This document shows positions 35,656-45,748 of a DNA stretch of 57,373 nucleotides, in pieces. Under the pieces are notes generated by a model. It was not told where the DNA came from. It made no database searches and saw nothing but the letters and a program-made list of their open reading frames with translations. Source of the stretch: a virus (taxonomy: Duplodnaviria; Caudoviricetes); IMG/VR virus record IMGVR_UViG_3300025835_000003, positions 1 through 57,373 of that record, one strand, 5' to 3'. Made by a program: the position numbers and the translations under genes. The number at the start of each line of letters is the position of its first letter. Within the stretch, counting starts at the first letter, position 1.

Positions 35656-36666
35656 ATGGCTACATTTGCAGGCACCACCTTTGGTGATATCACGCCTCGC
35701 GTTGGTATCTTCGCGGTGGCAAATTTTCTGGCACATGCCCAGAATATGCTTGTACTTGAGCGCTTTGCAAAGGTTGAGCGTGTTCCGAAGAATCATGGAC
35801 TGGTAATCAAGTTTCGCCGGCCCATTCCTTTTGACGCTTCTACTACTGCACTTCTCGAAGGCGTTACACCGCCTCCGCAGATGCTCAAATATGAGGACGT
35901 ATCAAGTGTACTCCAGCAATTCGGTGCTTGGGTGCAATTCACTGATGTAATTTCTGCAACACACGAGGATGATAATCTTCGCGCCATGACGCAGCTTACT
36001 GGTGAGCAGGCAGCTCTCACCAAGGAACTTATTGTCTGGGGTGTTCTTCGTGGTGGTACTTCAGTAATCTTCTCTGGCGCTGCAACGCAGCGTTCACAGG
36101 TGCAGGCCCCTGTTACTCTTGCAGAGTTTCAGGCAGCCGTGCGTGTGCTGAAGAACAATCATGCCATGAAGATCACAAAGATGATCAAGCCAGGCGTCAA
36201 CATTTCCACCGAACCGGTGAATGCTTCGTATGTGGCATTTTGCCACATCAACCTGGAACAGGATCTCAGGGCCATCCCTGGATTTGTACCAGTGGAGAAG
36301 TATGCCAATCCAAACGAACGCATTTCCGAGTTCGAGATTGGTAAGGTCGAAGAAGTCCGTCTCCTAATGACCCCTCATCTTGAGGCGTTCTTTGGTGCGG
36401 GCTCCACGACCATCACAGGCGTACTTAACAACGGGACCAACGTTGACGTTTATCCCATTGTTATTGTTGGGCAGGAAGCGTATGGTGTTACTCCGCTTGC
36501 GGGTTCTGAGTCGGTGCAGATTGCCGTCAAGAATCCCAAGATGGGTGGCGATAGCTCAGATCCTCTTGGCCAGACCGGCTATGTAGCGTGGAAAATGTGG
36601 TATGCTGCTGTTCGTCTCAATGAACAGTGGATGATCCGCATTGAATCCGCCGCTTCCGCCGTTTAA
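35656..36666 (+). CDS. Major capsid protein, N4-gp56 family
   Basis: VPKNHG.VIKFRR, LLEGVTP, EIGKVEEVR, SDPLGQTGYVAWK motifs. Confidence 0.92.
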   Translation: MATFAGTTFGDITPRVGIFAVANFLAHAQNMLVLERFAKVERVPKNHGLVIKFRRPIPFDASTTALLEGVTPPPQMLKYEDVSSVLQQFGAWVQFTDVISATHEDDNLRAMTQLTGEQAALTKELIVWGVLRGGTSVIFSGAATQRSQVQAPVTLAEFQAAVRVLKNNHAMKITKMIKPGVNISTEPVNASYVAFCHINLEQDLRAIPGFVPVEKYANPNERISEFEIGKVEEVRLLMTPHLEAFFGAGSTTITGVLNNGTNVDVYPIVIVGQEAYGVTPLAGSESVQIAVKNPKMGGDSSDPLGQTGYVAWKMWYAAVRLNEQWMIRIESAASAV

Positions 36667-36684
36667 TACAAGGAGGATATTCTA

Positions 36685-37257
36685 GTGGCTAACTTCAATT
36701 CTCAGCAAGTAAATGATGGTTCCCTTTATCGGGGTAACTATGAAGGTGTAACTCAATCGGCAACCGGCCGCATCCGCCTGAAGACGGGAACCCGTCTGAC
36801 GGTGGGAGATGTTCTGCGGTTCGTTGGCCTTGGCCAAAAGACAGCACCTACAAAACTAAGTCTCAGAGTAGTAGGAGAACTTGAGGGAGCAGGAGTAAGT
36901 TCTCTTACAGGCTCCATTGGAACCTTCCAGATTCTAAAGGATGGTGCTCCTCTGGTAGTCTCTGATGGTCCCGCCCCTCTCAATACCTACACTTCTCCAG
37001 CAACAGCCGCCGCATCGATTAGAGCGGCCGCTGCACTGCCAGAGAATGATCAGATCGACATTCCCGGAGGGGACTTTGTTACTCCAGCCCCTGACGGATA
37101 TGCAGGTCCTGTCGAGATTGGTATTGCTATTACAGCAACAGGCGTGTCGGCAATTGTGGCTGATGCAGACCTATATCTAACGGTAGAATATGCTGGCAGA
37201 AATGCCCTTCCTGGTGAACTGAGCCAGAAGCCGGGCGTCCCTAATGGCGCCTTTTAA
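36685..37257 (+). CDS. Putative capsid decoration protein
   Basis: AAGGAGG RBS with GTG start; beta-rich; follows the MCP. Confidence 0.6.
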   Translation: MANFNSQQVNDGSLYRGNYEGVTQSATGRIRLKTGTRLTVGDVLRFVGLGQKTAPTKLSLRVVGELEGAGVSSLTGSIGTFQILKDGAPLVVSDGPAPLNTYTSPATAAASIRAAAALPENDQIDIPGGDFVTPAPDGYAGPVEIGIAITATGVSAIVADADLYLTVEYAGRNALPGELSQKPGVPNGAF

Positions 37258-37282
37258 TCAATAGACGATAACGTCCAAATGT

Positions 37283-37309
37283 AGGTCCAGGGCTTTTGGC
37301 CCTGGACTT
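37283..37309 (+). terminator. Stem-loop after the capsid genes
   Basis: GTCCAGGGC-TTTTG-GCCCTGGAC; weak U tail. Confidence 0.5.
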
Positions 37310-37334
37310 ACCCCTTAACAGGAGTTCTTCAATA

Positions 37335-37979
37335 ATGGAAACATTATCCGGTCAGACTAATCACAATGACAATGAACAACGAGAACCTTCGCTAGAATCA
37401 TTGAGTATGCCAGATCTTCGCAAGCAAGCATCAGCTATGAATGTGCCGTTTACAAGAGACACGACTAAACAAGAACTGTTGCAGCTTGTAAAGGCCGTAA
37501 AAGATAGGAAAAATTATGCTGTTACAGCATTAGGAGAGAGACCGCCTCCGGGATATGCAAGAATTGAATTGATGAAAAACCCGGATCCTTCGGCTTCTAA
37601 CATCCCAGTAACCTTTTCTGTCAATACATATCAAGTATTTATTCCTCGCGGAGTACAGGTAGATGTTCCAATAAAGATTCTTCGTGGAGCTATCATGAAT
37701 TCCAAACAAAGAATCATGAGGGAAAACAGAAACGTGGAACCTACCAGTCCAAATCGATATGAGTTCATAGAAGTTTATAGCTATCCCTTCACGGTGTATG
37801 ATATTCACGAAGGGCCGGATGTGAAGAATACTTATGAATTGCTTTATAACAGTCGCTATGGCGCACGAAAGAAATTCAGAGAAATATATGGATATTGGCC
37901 GAACTCTCAGGAAGAGCGAGCTTTTAAAGCTAACAAGTGTGAAGGTCTACCAAATAATTATTATGAACAACCGGCTTAA
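37335..37979 (+). CDS. Hypothetical protein with N-terminal helix-extended-helix motif
   Basis: LESLSMPDLRKQA...TKQELL; IPRGVQVDVP; AGGAG RBS. Confidence 0.65.
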   Translation: METLSGQTNHNDNEQREPSLESLSMPDLRKQASAMNVPFTRDTTKQELLQLVKAVKDRKNYAVTALGERPPPGYARIELMKNPDPSASNIPVTFSVNTYQVFIPRGVQVDVPIKILRGAIMNSKQRIMRENRNVEPTSPNRYEFIEVYSYPFTVYDIHEGPDVKNTYELLYNSRYGARKKFREIYGYWPNSQEERAFKANKCEGLPNNYYEQPA

Positions 37980-38002
37980 TAATTAAGGATAGAATACGTG
38001 CC

Positions 38003-38926
38003 ATGAACTTTTTGCAGATGGTCAATAATGTCATAGACGAAACGGGTAACCGTGTCGATCTTCTTGATGAATTGGAATTCGATAATCCAAAAGACCCCAT
38101 GCACCGCAGGATAAAGAAATGGGTATCAGATGCCTGGAAGGAGTTGCAAATAGATCGTGGCGAATGGGAATTCATGGCAAAAGATGGTATTATTTTAGTT
38201 GGCCCAGCAATACAATTTGGGCAAGGAACAGGCACGGAGCCGATTAATGGAGATGTATTAACAGGGAATGAAACGGGGACCACATTGGAAGTGATCTCCG
38301 TTTCTCTTTCTTCTGGTGATTTTGCAACCAATGATGCTGTTGGGATAATGGCCGTCAAGGATATAAAAGGCCAGTTCAAGTTAAATGAAACCTTTTCAAA
38401 TGGGACGAGTACCATTACTCTTATAGGTTTGGCGCGCATAAACATAAAAGGATTTCTTCCAGACTTTGATGATTTTCAGGACAAGACCTCTATCTTCATT
38501 CAAGAAACAGGGGGATCGACCTCGCAGACCAATGAGGGATCGGCGGGGCTTTCTCCGCTTTCTTATGCCACATGGTCTCAATGGAATGATGCTTTTGAAA
38601 ACAATATAGCATTTGGCAAACCACGAGTTATCACCACAGCGCCTTCTGGATTATTTGATCTTTGGCCTCGTCCGGATCATGAATACCTTCTGAAGTTTTC
38701 TTATAGCGTCTCACCAGAATCCATCTTTACTGCGCAGGCTTCTCCCTCTAGTCTGGAAGAGAAATATCATCCAGCTATTGTGTGGAAGGCTGTTCTTGAT
38801 TATGCTGACGCAGATGGTCAGCGTAATCTATTCTTCAAGGCACAACGCAAAGTCAAGTGGTATGAACAGAAAATGAATCGCACGTTATTGCCTTCTATAG
38901 CCTTTTCTCGTAGTGTATTTGATTGA
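38003..38926 (+). CDS. Head-tail adaptor protein
   Basis: MNFLQMVN...WVSDAWKELQ...WEFM...LWPRPD...YHPAIVW pattern. Confidence 0.75.
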   Translation: MNFLQMVNNVIDETGNRVDLLDELEFDNPKDPMHRRIKKWVSDAWKELQIDRGEWEFMAKDGIILVGPAIQFGQGTGTEPINGDVLTGNETGTTLEVISVSLSSGDFATNDAVGIMAVKDIKGQFKLNETFSNGTSTITLIGLARINIKGFLPDFDDFQDKTSIFIQETGGSTSQTNEGSAGLSPLSYATWSQWNDAFENNIAFGKPRVITTAPSGLFDLWPRPDHEYLLKFSYSVSPESIFTAQASPSSLEEKYHPAIVWKAVLDYADADGQRNLFFKAQRKVKWYEQKMNRTLLPSIAFSRSVFD

Positions 38927-38945
38927 ATAGGATAATAAGGAAGAA

Positions 38946-41900
38946 ATGACCTCGCAACTCATACGGCGTCCCGATCCTACTCCAACGCAATTTGATACAC
39001 TTGCGTTGGATAAAGGACTTGTCTTTGGCATATCGCCAATAGAAGCTCCTGCTGGATCTCTTTCTGATTGTCTCAATTATGAGGTCGGCGGAGGGATTGG
39101 TATATCCAGAATATCTGGGTTTACTAGGTTCGATGGTGTACACAATTCTTCTACAGATACTTGGTTCTCTGTCCGGGTAAATGAATCCCCCGAAAATGTA
39201 GATATCAGGTTTCCTCCTGGTATGCTTGTAAGACTCAAGGGAGAAGAGACCTTTTCTTCCGTAGTCGTATCTTCTGCTGGATCTACACTTGTACTTACTG
39301 CTGTAAAGGATGGAGAGGTTCTATACAAGAAAGGGGAAACAATCGAAAATGAAACCCTTCAATCAGCATTCATTCTTGATATAGAGGAAAGTTCTTCTCT
39401 CAAACAAACGGCAAAATCTATAGTATCTTCTCTTAATGATATTAACGAAAGGTTGCGCGGCTTCGTCACACCTTTTGAATCGGCACCTGTGGGTGTTGCT
39501 CTATTTAAGAATACAACCTACGCATTTGTTGAAGAGTTTGTCATTCCTTTCGAGAATGGTGAATTTGAAGTCTTCGTAGGAGATAAGGTAACAGTAGAGG
39601 GGGAAGTCTATACTATACTGGATGTTGTCTTGACGGGGGGATCTTGGGCATTAAACGATGCCACCGGTACCTTTACTGTTGCCGGCAATATAGGTGTTCA
39701 ACAAGGAAAAGAGATATTACTGGTTCCTGGCGGATTGAATCCATTAGATATAATTCGCGTAGGCGATATCAGAAATCCAACCTTGCTCGATACCCCCTCA
39801 GGTTCTGGCATTTGGCAGGCAGTGAGAGCTGTAGATAGCGCTCCCTTCTCTGAAACAGGATGGAGAAGAACTCTGAACAATACCTTCTCCGTGGGTTTCA
39901 AAAATGGCTTGAGTTCAACTAATGAATTACCGCGTCTGGATAGAAGAGATACAAGTAATCTTCCTCAAACAGGTATAATTAGCACCGGAGTTATTGGAGA
40001 TCAAGGCACCGCCGTCTTCGCTCGTCCGAATATTGTTCTTCCAACAGATATTCAACCCAGTCCTGGAGTGGTTCAACCTTTCAAGGTAATGACCGTTCCT
40101 GGCAATATCGTAAGCAACAGCCCTTCTGATGTATTATCTGCCCTGTCTGTCGCGGGAGATGCCGTTGTTTTAGGAGATGTTGTAAACAATGCTTTGATTC
40201 TTGATCCATCACTTCCTCGCTCTGGAAGCACTTCTACGATATCAAACAGACTATTACTTTCATCATTCAAACTGTCTCCAGAAATACCAGAAGATGCACA
40301 GATACTTGGAGTAGAAGTATTATTTAACAATTTGATATCTCCGGCTGAAAGTCCTTCTGCGAATCATGGACACATGGAGTTTTCCATTAAGGCAGAACTA
40401 TATAAGAGAGAACCCACGGAAGGAGTAATATCCATAATTAGCGATCCAAGAACACTGTTTGTTACCAATAAGTTTGGAGCAAGAACACCGTCTGGCAATT
40501 TCGTGATAGGAGGAAGTGAGGATCTATGGGGAGCAAGTTCCCTTCAAGCTAGTGATATAAACGATTCAGAATTTGGAATATCCTTGTCTTATTTGGCAAA
40601 TATAAATATACCGGATACAGCACCCAGTCAGGATCTCGGAGATTTAGTTAGGGTCATATTGGATCAAATACAATTGAGAGTAACGTTTCGCACACTTCGT
40701 AATCGTGTCTTCTTTCAGAACGGATCAGATGTAATAGCAGCCGATTTGATTTCCTTCAGGGTATTTTCAGGAAGGTTACAGAATGGAACAGCCAGAGGTA
40801 TTCTACAAATATCAAATCTTGATGGGGCACAGGCAGGAAGACAAACATTTAGAGAAGGGGCCGATATTTTCTCTTCAGAAACATTAGATCCTGGTTCCAA
40901 GATAGGAGAGGTCATCCTTAGTACATCTGGACCTTATATCTCTGGTAATATGCTTCCAACAACAAAAGATATGCAAACGGCGGGTACTCGCTTTGAGACA
41001 ATTACTGCGAATTTCTTTGGAGACGAAGCCTTCGCAGGTTTATACGGAGTATCAGGAGCGGGAAGAGCCTTTACATGGGATGGAAACTTTCTTCTCAAGG
41101 TATTTGCCATTGAAGATGAAGATAAGGATAAACCTAGACACATTGCTTTTCATCACTCCCATTTGGCACTCGGATATATTTCCGGGCAGGTGCTGTTCTC
41201 ACAACCTGGAGAACCTGAAGTATTTGATGGTGCAAGAGGTTCCTTTGAAATAGGTGTAGGTGATAGTATAACAGGTCTTGCTCCTATTCAAGGAAGTTCC
41301 TTGGCTGTATTTGGTAAAGACAGTATCACGGCTATTACAGGAACTGTTCAGGAAAATATATCCACTCAAACTATAAGTCCAAAGTCTGGAGCAATAGAAT
41401 ATACTGTTGTAGATGTAGGAGGAGACCCCATTTATACAGACTTGCAAGGGATATCTTCTCTCCAGCAGTCAGCAACATTTGGTACATTTAGTGGACGGAG
41501 ATTAAGTGGAAGTGTAGCTTCCTGGTTACGACCACGTCTTAGAATAAAGGCCATATCACCGGGTGTTCCGGCAGCGTCTGGTATATTGGGAGCGCTTGCC
41601 TTCCGGTCAAAAAATATGTATAGTCTGTTGTTCAGGGATGGATATGTACTATCCATGAATGTATTTTCTCAAGAACCCAAGTTCTCTCTTCAAAGGTATT
41701 TTCTTGGTCAGGACATTTCTACAGAACAGACAGACCGATTCTTTGAACCCTTCGCCTGGTCTGCTGGCGTGGATGCAACAGGAGCAGATAGGATACACAT
41801 GATTCATAAATCGACAACCAGTGAAACACCAAAAGAACTTGAGAACTTTATATATGAGTTCAACACAGGATGGTCTTTTGATGGAAACTATATTCCACAT

Positions 41901-42275
41901 TTCGTGGAATTGAATGCTTACTTCGGACCTTCTTTTACTACATATAAAACACTACGGGGTATGATCATTGAAGGAATGAGTCGCGGTTTTGCAAACGTGG
42001 GAATGAAGATTTCGTCATTAGTTCCTGTTGAGTTCGGTAAAACTGTTCTGGATATATCCTTGCCAGACAAACCTTTCGATAGGGGACTATTGAAGGATAT
42101 AACTAGATTTGATTCTGTTACACAAGGAACATTCAGGGGTCGTTCTTTTTGTATTCGTATGGAAGGAACACCAGAAGGTTCTTCTGAGCTTGTTCGCTTA
42201 AAAAATCCTGAACCAGAGTATTCAATACAAGTTTTGATCCCCCGCTTTGACCCGGCTGGAGCACAGGAGATTTGA
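38946..42275 (+). CDS. Tail nozzle (tail tubular B / P22 gp10-like) with inserted domains
   Basis: GSLSDCLNYE....RISGFTRFDG N-terminus; HLAL...FSQPGEP...IGVGDSITGL propeller motifs. Confidence 0.75.
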   Translation: MTSQLIRRPDPTPTQFDTLALDKGLVFGISPIEAPAGSLSDCLNYEVGGGIGISRISGFTRFDGVHNSSTDTWFSVRVNESPENVDIRFPPGMLVRLKGEETFSSVVVSSAGSTLVLTAVKDGEVLYKKGETIENETLQSAFILDIEESSSLKQTAKSIVSSLNDINERLRGFVTPFESAPVGVALFKNTTYAFVEEFVIPFENGEFEVFVGDKVTVEGEVYTILDVVLTGGSWALNDATGTFTVAGNIGVQQGKEILLVPGGLNPLDIIRVGDIRNPTLLDTPSGSGIWQAVRAVDSAPFSETGWRRTLNNTFSVGFKNGLSSTNELPRLDRRDTSNLPQTGIISTGVIGDQGTAVFARPNIVLPTDIQPSPGVVQPFKVMTVPGNIVSNSPSDVLSALSVAGDAVVLGDVVNNALILDPSLPRSGSTSTISNRLLLSSFKLSPEIPEDAQILGVEVLFNNLISPAESPSANHGHMEFSIKAELYKREPTEGVISIISDPRTLFVTNKFGARTPSGNFVIGGSEDLWGASSLQASDINDSEFGISLSYLANINIPDTAPSQDLGDLVRVILDQIQLRVTFRTLRNRVFFQNGSDVIAADLISFRVFSGRLQNGTARGILQISNLDGAQAGRQTFREGADIFSSETLDPGSKIGEVILSTSGPYISGNMLPTTKDMQTAGTRFETITANFFGDEAFAGLYGVSGAGRAFTWDGNFLLKVFAIEDEDKDKPRHIAFHHSHLALGYISGQVLFSQPGEPEVFDGARGSFEIGVGDSITGLAPIQGSSLAVFGKDSITAITGTVQENISTQTISPKSGAIEYTVVDVGGDPIYTDLQGISSLQQSATFGTFSGRRLSGSVASWLRPRLRIKAISPGVPAASGILGALAFRSKNMYSLLFRDGYVLSMNVFSQEPKFSLQRYFLGQDISTEQTDRFFEPFAWSAGVDATGADRIHMIHKSTTSETPKELENFIYEFNTGWSFDGNYIPHFVELNAYFGPSFTTYKTLRGMIIEGMSRGFANVGMKISSLVPVEFGKTVLDISLPDKPFDRGLLKDITRFDSVTQGTFRGRSFCIRMEGTPEGSSELVRLKNPEPEYSIQVLIPRFDPAGAQEI

Positions 42276-43573
42276 TTATGGCAACTAATTCAGGTAATGT
42301 TTTTACTATACCCCGCCCACAGCCCATTGATGGGGTTCAGAATATACCAGTGAGTACAGCGCGGCCAATGAGTATAACACAACAAATGCAACAAGATCCA
42401 TTCCAAGCTCAGACGGTTGCTCCAATTAATTCGGAGGGATTGGGTCCCGTGCAAATTGAACAAATTAGTTCAGAAGGTCTGGGACCGGTGAAAGTTAATC
42501 CGTTTAGTTCTGAGGCTTTAGGACCGGTGGAAATCGAGAAATTAGGATTCAACCCAACAGGCCAGGCACCTGGAACAGGGCAAACTACAGATGCAAACAG
42601 TCTTGCTGAACGTGCGCGAATAAGAGGAGGTGCTTTAGTTCAAAACAGATTAACGGATGTAATAAGTGAAAATTCTCCGTTCATTCAGCAAGCCCGCTTG
42701 CAAGCAGAAAGACAGGCCAATTCAAGAGGACTTCTAAATTCCTCTCTGGCAGCCGGAGCAGCGGAAGCAGCCGCCATTGATAGGGCGCTTCCTATTGCTT
42801 CACAAGATGCACAATCTGTCGTCCAATCCATTCTACAAAATGCTGCACAAACCAATCAACTCCAGTCACAAAGAGAAGGTCAAACATTTACAGCGGGGCA
42901 AGCAGCTCTTGATAGAGAATTGCAAGGTGCTCTTCAAGAACAACTATTAAAGTTTCAATCGGGAGATAGTGCTGCGCAAAGAGAGATTACTAGACTCCTC
43001 CAATTACAGGAATTAAACTTTAGATCAGGAGACAATGCTGCACAACGGGAACTTAATAAACGCCTTCAAAATCAACTGCTAAACTTTCAAGCGGGTGACA
43101 GCGCTGCGCAAAGAGAGCTTAATGCGCGCCTTCAAGAGCAAACACTAATGTTTGAGGGAGGAGATAGAGCAAAGAACAGACAAGTTAGTCAGATTCTACA
43201 GAATCAAAACTTCAACTTTCTTGGCGAACAAGCAGAACTGGACCGCCAGGCAGAATTGTTCAGACTACAAGAAGATTTTAGTCTCAGGAACCAACTTGCA
43301 GATAATGACACAGCCCGTACAGATTTTCTAAATGACAATGTTTTTAATAGAAACTTGTATGGAGATATAGCTAAAGGATTTGTAGGTACACAACTCAATA
43401 CAATCGACGACCTGTTTCGTGCAAGTGCACAAAAAGTATTAGATGATCCCGGTGTATTTGATCCCGCAGCATTCTCCGGTGTTATGAATTTTATGAATAC
43501 ACAATTAAATGATATTTTCTCAAATGTTTTCGATAACTTGTTCGGCGGCTTTTTTGGTGGGGGTAACCCGTGA
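42272..43573 (+). CDS. Internal virion/ejection protein with 22-aa repeats
   Basis: ANSRGLLNSSLAAGAAEAA...ALPIASQDA motif; repeated F.SGD.AAQRE. Confidence 0.7.
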   Translation: MIMATNSGNVFTIPRPQPIDGVQNIPVSTARPMSITQQMQQDPFQAQTVAPINSEGLGPVQIEQISSEGLGPVKVNPFSSEALGPVEIEKLGFNPTGQAPGTGQTTDANSLAERARIRGGALVQNRLTDVISENSPFIQQARLQAERQANSRGLLNSSLAAGAAEAAAIDRALPIASQDAQSVVQSILQNAAQTNQLQSQREGQTFTAGQAALDRELQGALQEQLLKFQSGDSAAQREITRLLQLQELNFRSGDNAAQRELNKRLQNQLLNFQAGDSAAQRELNARLQEQTLMFEGGDRAKNRQVSQILQNQNFNFLGEQAELDRQAELFRLQEDFSLRNQLADNDTARTDFLNDNVFNRNLYGDIAKGFVGTQLNTIDDLFRASAQKVLDDPGVFDPAAFSGVMNFMNTQLNDIFSNVFDNLFGGFFGGGNP

Positions 43574-43604
43574 TCCACTATAACGTGAAAGGAAGGTAAT
43601 CACT

Positions 43605-44318
43605 ATGGGACTGTTCAAAAAGATAAAGAAAGTATTCAAGAAGGTAGCTCCCATAGCAGGCGCCGTTATAGGAAGTGCTACGGGCGTTGGTCCGGTTATA
43701 GGAGGTTCCATAGGAGGCGCTTTGGGTAATGCTGTGGGTGGCGGAAATGTTTTGAAAGGAGCTGGAAAAGGCGCATTGACGGGTGTTGCTACAGGAGCTT
43801 TGTCTGGAGGCGGACCCTTTGGAGGCAGTGTCGGTGGTACAGGTACTTTAGGCCAAAGAATCAAAGGAGCGGGTTCCAGTATTATCAACAATCTGGGGTT
43901 CGGCGGTACCTCTGGTACCACAGGCACTTCTGGCAGTGGCGGTGGCGGTGGAGGATTCTTGGGCGGATTACTTGGTGGTGGAGGCGGAGGCGGCGGAGGA
44001 ATAGGAGGAATTGATCTTGCAGCAGCCATATTTAACGGACTATCCACCAGCAAGAGAAACAAAAGAGAGCGGCAGAATCTCATACTTGAAGTCACTCTTG
44101 GAACGACTTTATCAGGGGAAGAGCAAAGAGCAACATCCCTATTTGATTCTCTTGTAGTAGAGGCACAAGAACAAAGGAAGCGGATGCGCACAGATAAAGG
44201 CCTTGAAAACTTTCGACAATTTGCAAGTCCTGGACTGCGAGAACTCAGAAAGACTCGACCAGAAGAGATTCCTTTGCCTGATGTGAATATATTTAATCGC
44301 TCTGGCAGTAAGTTCTGA
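43605..44318 (+). CDS. Gly-rich internal virion protein
   Basis: MGLFKKIKKVFKKVAPIAG followed by glycine zippers. Confidence 0.7.
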   Translation: MGLFKKIKKVFKKVAPIAGAVIGSATGVGPVIGGSIGGALGNAVGGGNVLKGAGKGALTGVATGALSGGGPFGGSVGGTGTLGQRIKGAGSSIINNLGFGGTSGTTGTSGSGGGGGGFLGGLLGGGGGGGGGIGGIDLAAAIFNGLSTSKRNKRERQNLILEVTLGTTLSGEEQRATSLFDSLVVEAQEQRKRMRTDKGLENFRQFASPGLRELRKTRPEEIPLPDVNIFNRSGSKF

Positions 44319-44347
44319 TAATGGATAGCACACAGGAGATATAGAGT

Positions 44348-44974
44348 ATGGCCGAGAAAGAAAAACAGGACCGCAAGGAAACCCAAGATAAAAAGTCGGA
44401 TAGCAAGGATTCCTCAAATTCTCCAGAGACTAACGAGGATGGGAAAACTCTACTTACACCCGCTGAAGAAGATGAAGCAGATTTCATAATAGAACTGTCT
44501 CTAAATATAATGAATAATCCAGAGGTTAAGAAAACTATTCAACAGGCTACACGTGCGGCAGATCCTCCATTGGCCATAGCTAACTTTGTTGTGCAGTTTG
44601 CTCTCAAGATCGATGAAGCTTTGGATTCTGTTGGTGTGGAAACCGTGGATAATATATGGTTGGCGGATGGAGGGGTGATAGAAGAACTAATTAAGCAAGC
44701 TATCCTTATTGCCAACATCCCAAGTCAGGTCGTAGCCGAGGAACAGTTTTCTCAGATCTTTGACGAAAGTCTGGAGCTCTTGAAAGCACTCTTTCAGGGA
44801 GCAGCCACAAATGCCGCACAACAACAACCAGTAGGCGGTGCAGAACAGGCGGGATTTCCGGCTGATCAACAAGGAGCGCTTCCCCAACAAATAGCAGGCG
44901 ATGGAGACGGTGGTCTTCCCCCAGAGCAGGTGGCAATTGCGGGTGCTGCGCCGTTGCCAAATATAGGGGTATAA
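44348..44974 (+). CDS. Acidic hypothetical protein in the ejection-protein operon
   Basis: AGGAG RBS; position. Confidence 0.65.
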   Translation: MAEKEKQDRKETQDKKSDSKDSSNSPETNEDGKTLLTPAEEDEADFIIELSLNIMNNPEVKKTIQQATRAADPPLAIANFVVQFALKIDEALDSVGVETVDNIWLADGGVIEELIKQAILIANIPSQVVAEEQFSQIFDESLELLKALFQGAATNAAQQQPVGGAEQAGFPADQQGALPQQIAGDGDGGLPPEQVAIAGAAPLPNIGV

Positions 44975-44988
44975 GGGAGACAACTATC

Positions 44989-45729
44989 ATGGCAGGATTT
45001 ATTGAAGGATTTACCGGCAGCCTTGCGGACACACTTAAAGAAGAATCTTCTCAACGAAGAGAATTAAGATTTGCACAGCGGACCGCAGAACTTGCTGAGG
45101 AAAGAAGGCGGCGGGCTGTTTCCAGAAATGTAATTGATCTTGCCGCAGGAACAGCCACTCCAGTAAATGAATTGGGTGAAGCAGTAGGCCCATCGAGGCC
45201 GGCCAGTCCATTTGAACTGAAACAGGAAGAGACACGTAGTAGGCTTGAAGAGGCGAATCTTAGCAAGGTCGAATCGGACGCAGAAGGTGCTAGGGTAACT
45301 GCTAAAGATGCAGAAGATAAGGTCGAAAGGGAACGGCAAGAAAGTGCTGCCCGCATACGTGAAGCTGACTCACGAAGGGACTTAAATGTTAAAAATGTGG
45401 AAAGGATAAGACAGGCTATAAAAGCAGAACCCCCACCCAATCTTGCTGCGGCAAAGGAAGTCTTTAATCAAATATCCACGGGAGCCAATATAGCTATAGC
45501 TGCTCTCAGCCAAACTAAAGAGCCAGAAGCAAGGGCTGCACAGGTGGCGATACTAAGAGCGCAAGCAGCCGCCCAGAAAGCTTTGCAAGGAGGCGATTTA
45601 GATGCTTTAAGACAAGCCAATGAAACACTCCAAGGGGCACTTGAGGTAGCTCTTTCACTCGGGGCCTTGCCCGTTGTTTTGCCTAGAATAGAGAAAAAAG
45701 ACGATGATAATCCTTTCTCTGTGCGATAA
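44989..45729 (+). CDS. Internal virion protein (coiled coil)
   Basis: MAGFIEGFTGSL N-terminus; helical. Confidence 0.65.
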   Translation: MAGFIEGFTGSLADTLKEESSQRRELRFAQRTAELAEERRRRAVSRNVIDLAAGTATPVNELGEAVGPSRPASPFELKQEETRSRLEEANLSKVESDAEGARVTAKDAEDKVERERQESAARIREADSRRDLNVKNVERIRQAIKAEPPPNLAAAKEVFNQISTGANIAIAALSQTKEPEARAAQVAILRAQAAAQKALQGGDLDALRQANETLQGALEVALSLGALPVVLPRIEKKDDDNPFSVR

Positions 45730-45748
45730 CCGAAGGATACCCTGATTT

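Noticed and set aside
43520-44386. 288-aa Pro-rich minus-strand ORF
   Set aside because: Antisense mirror of the Gly-rich virion gene.
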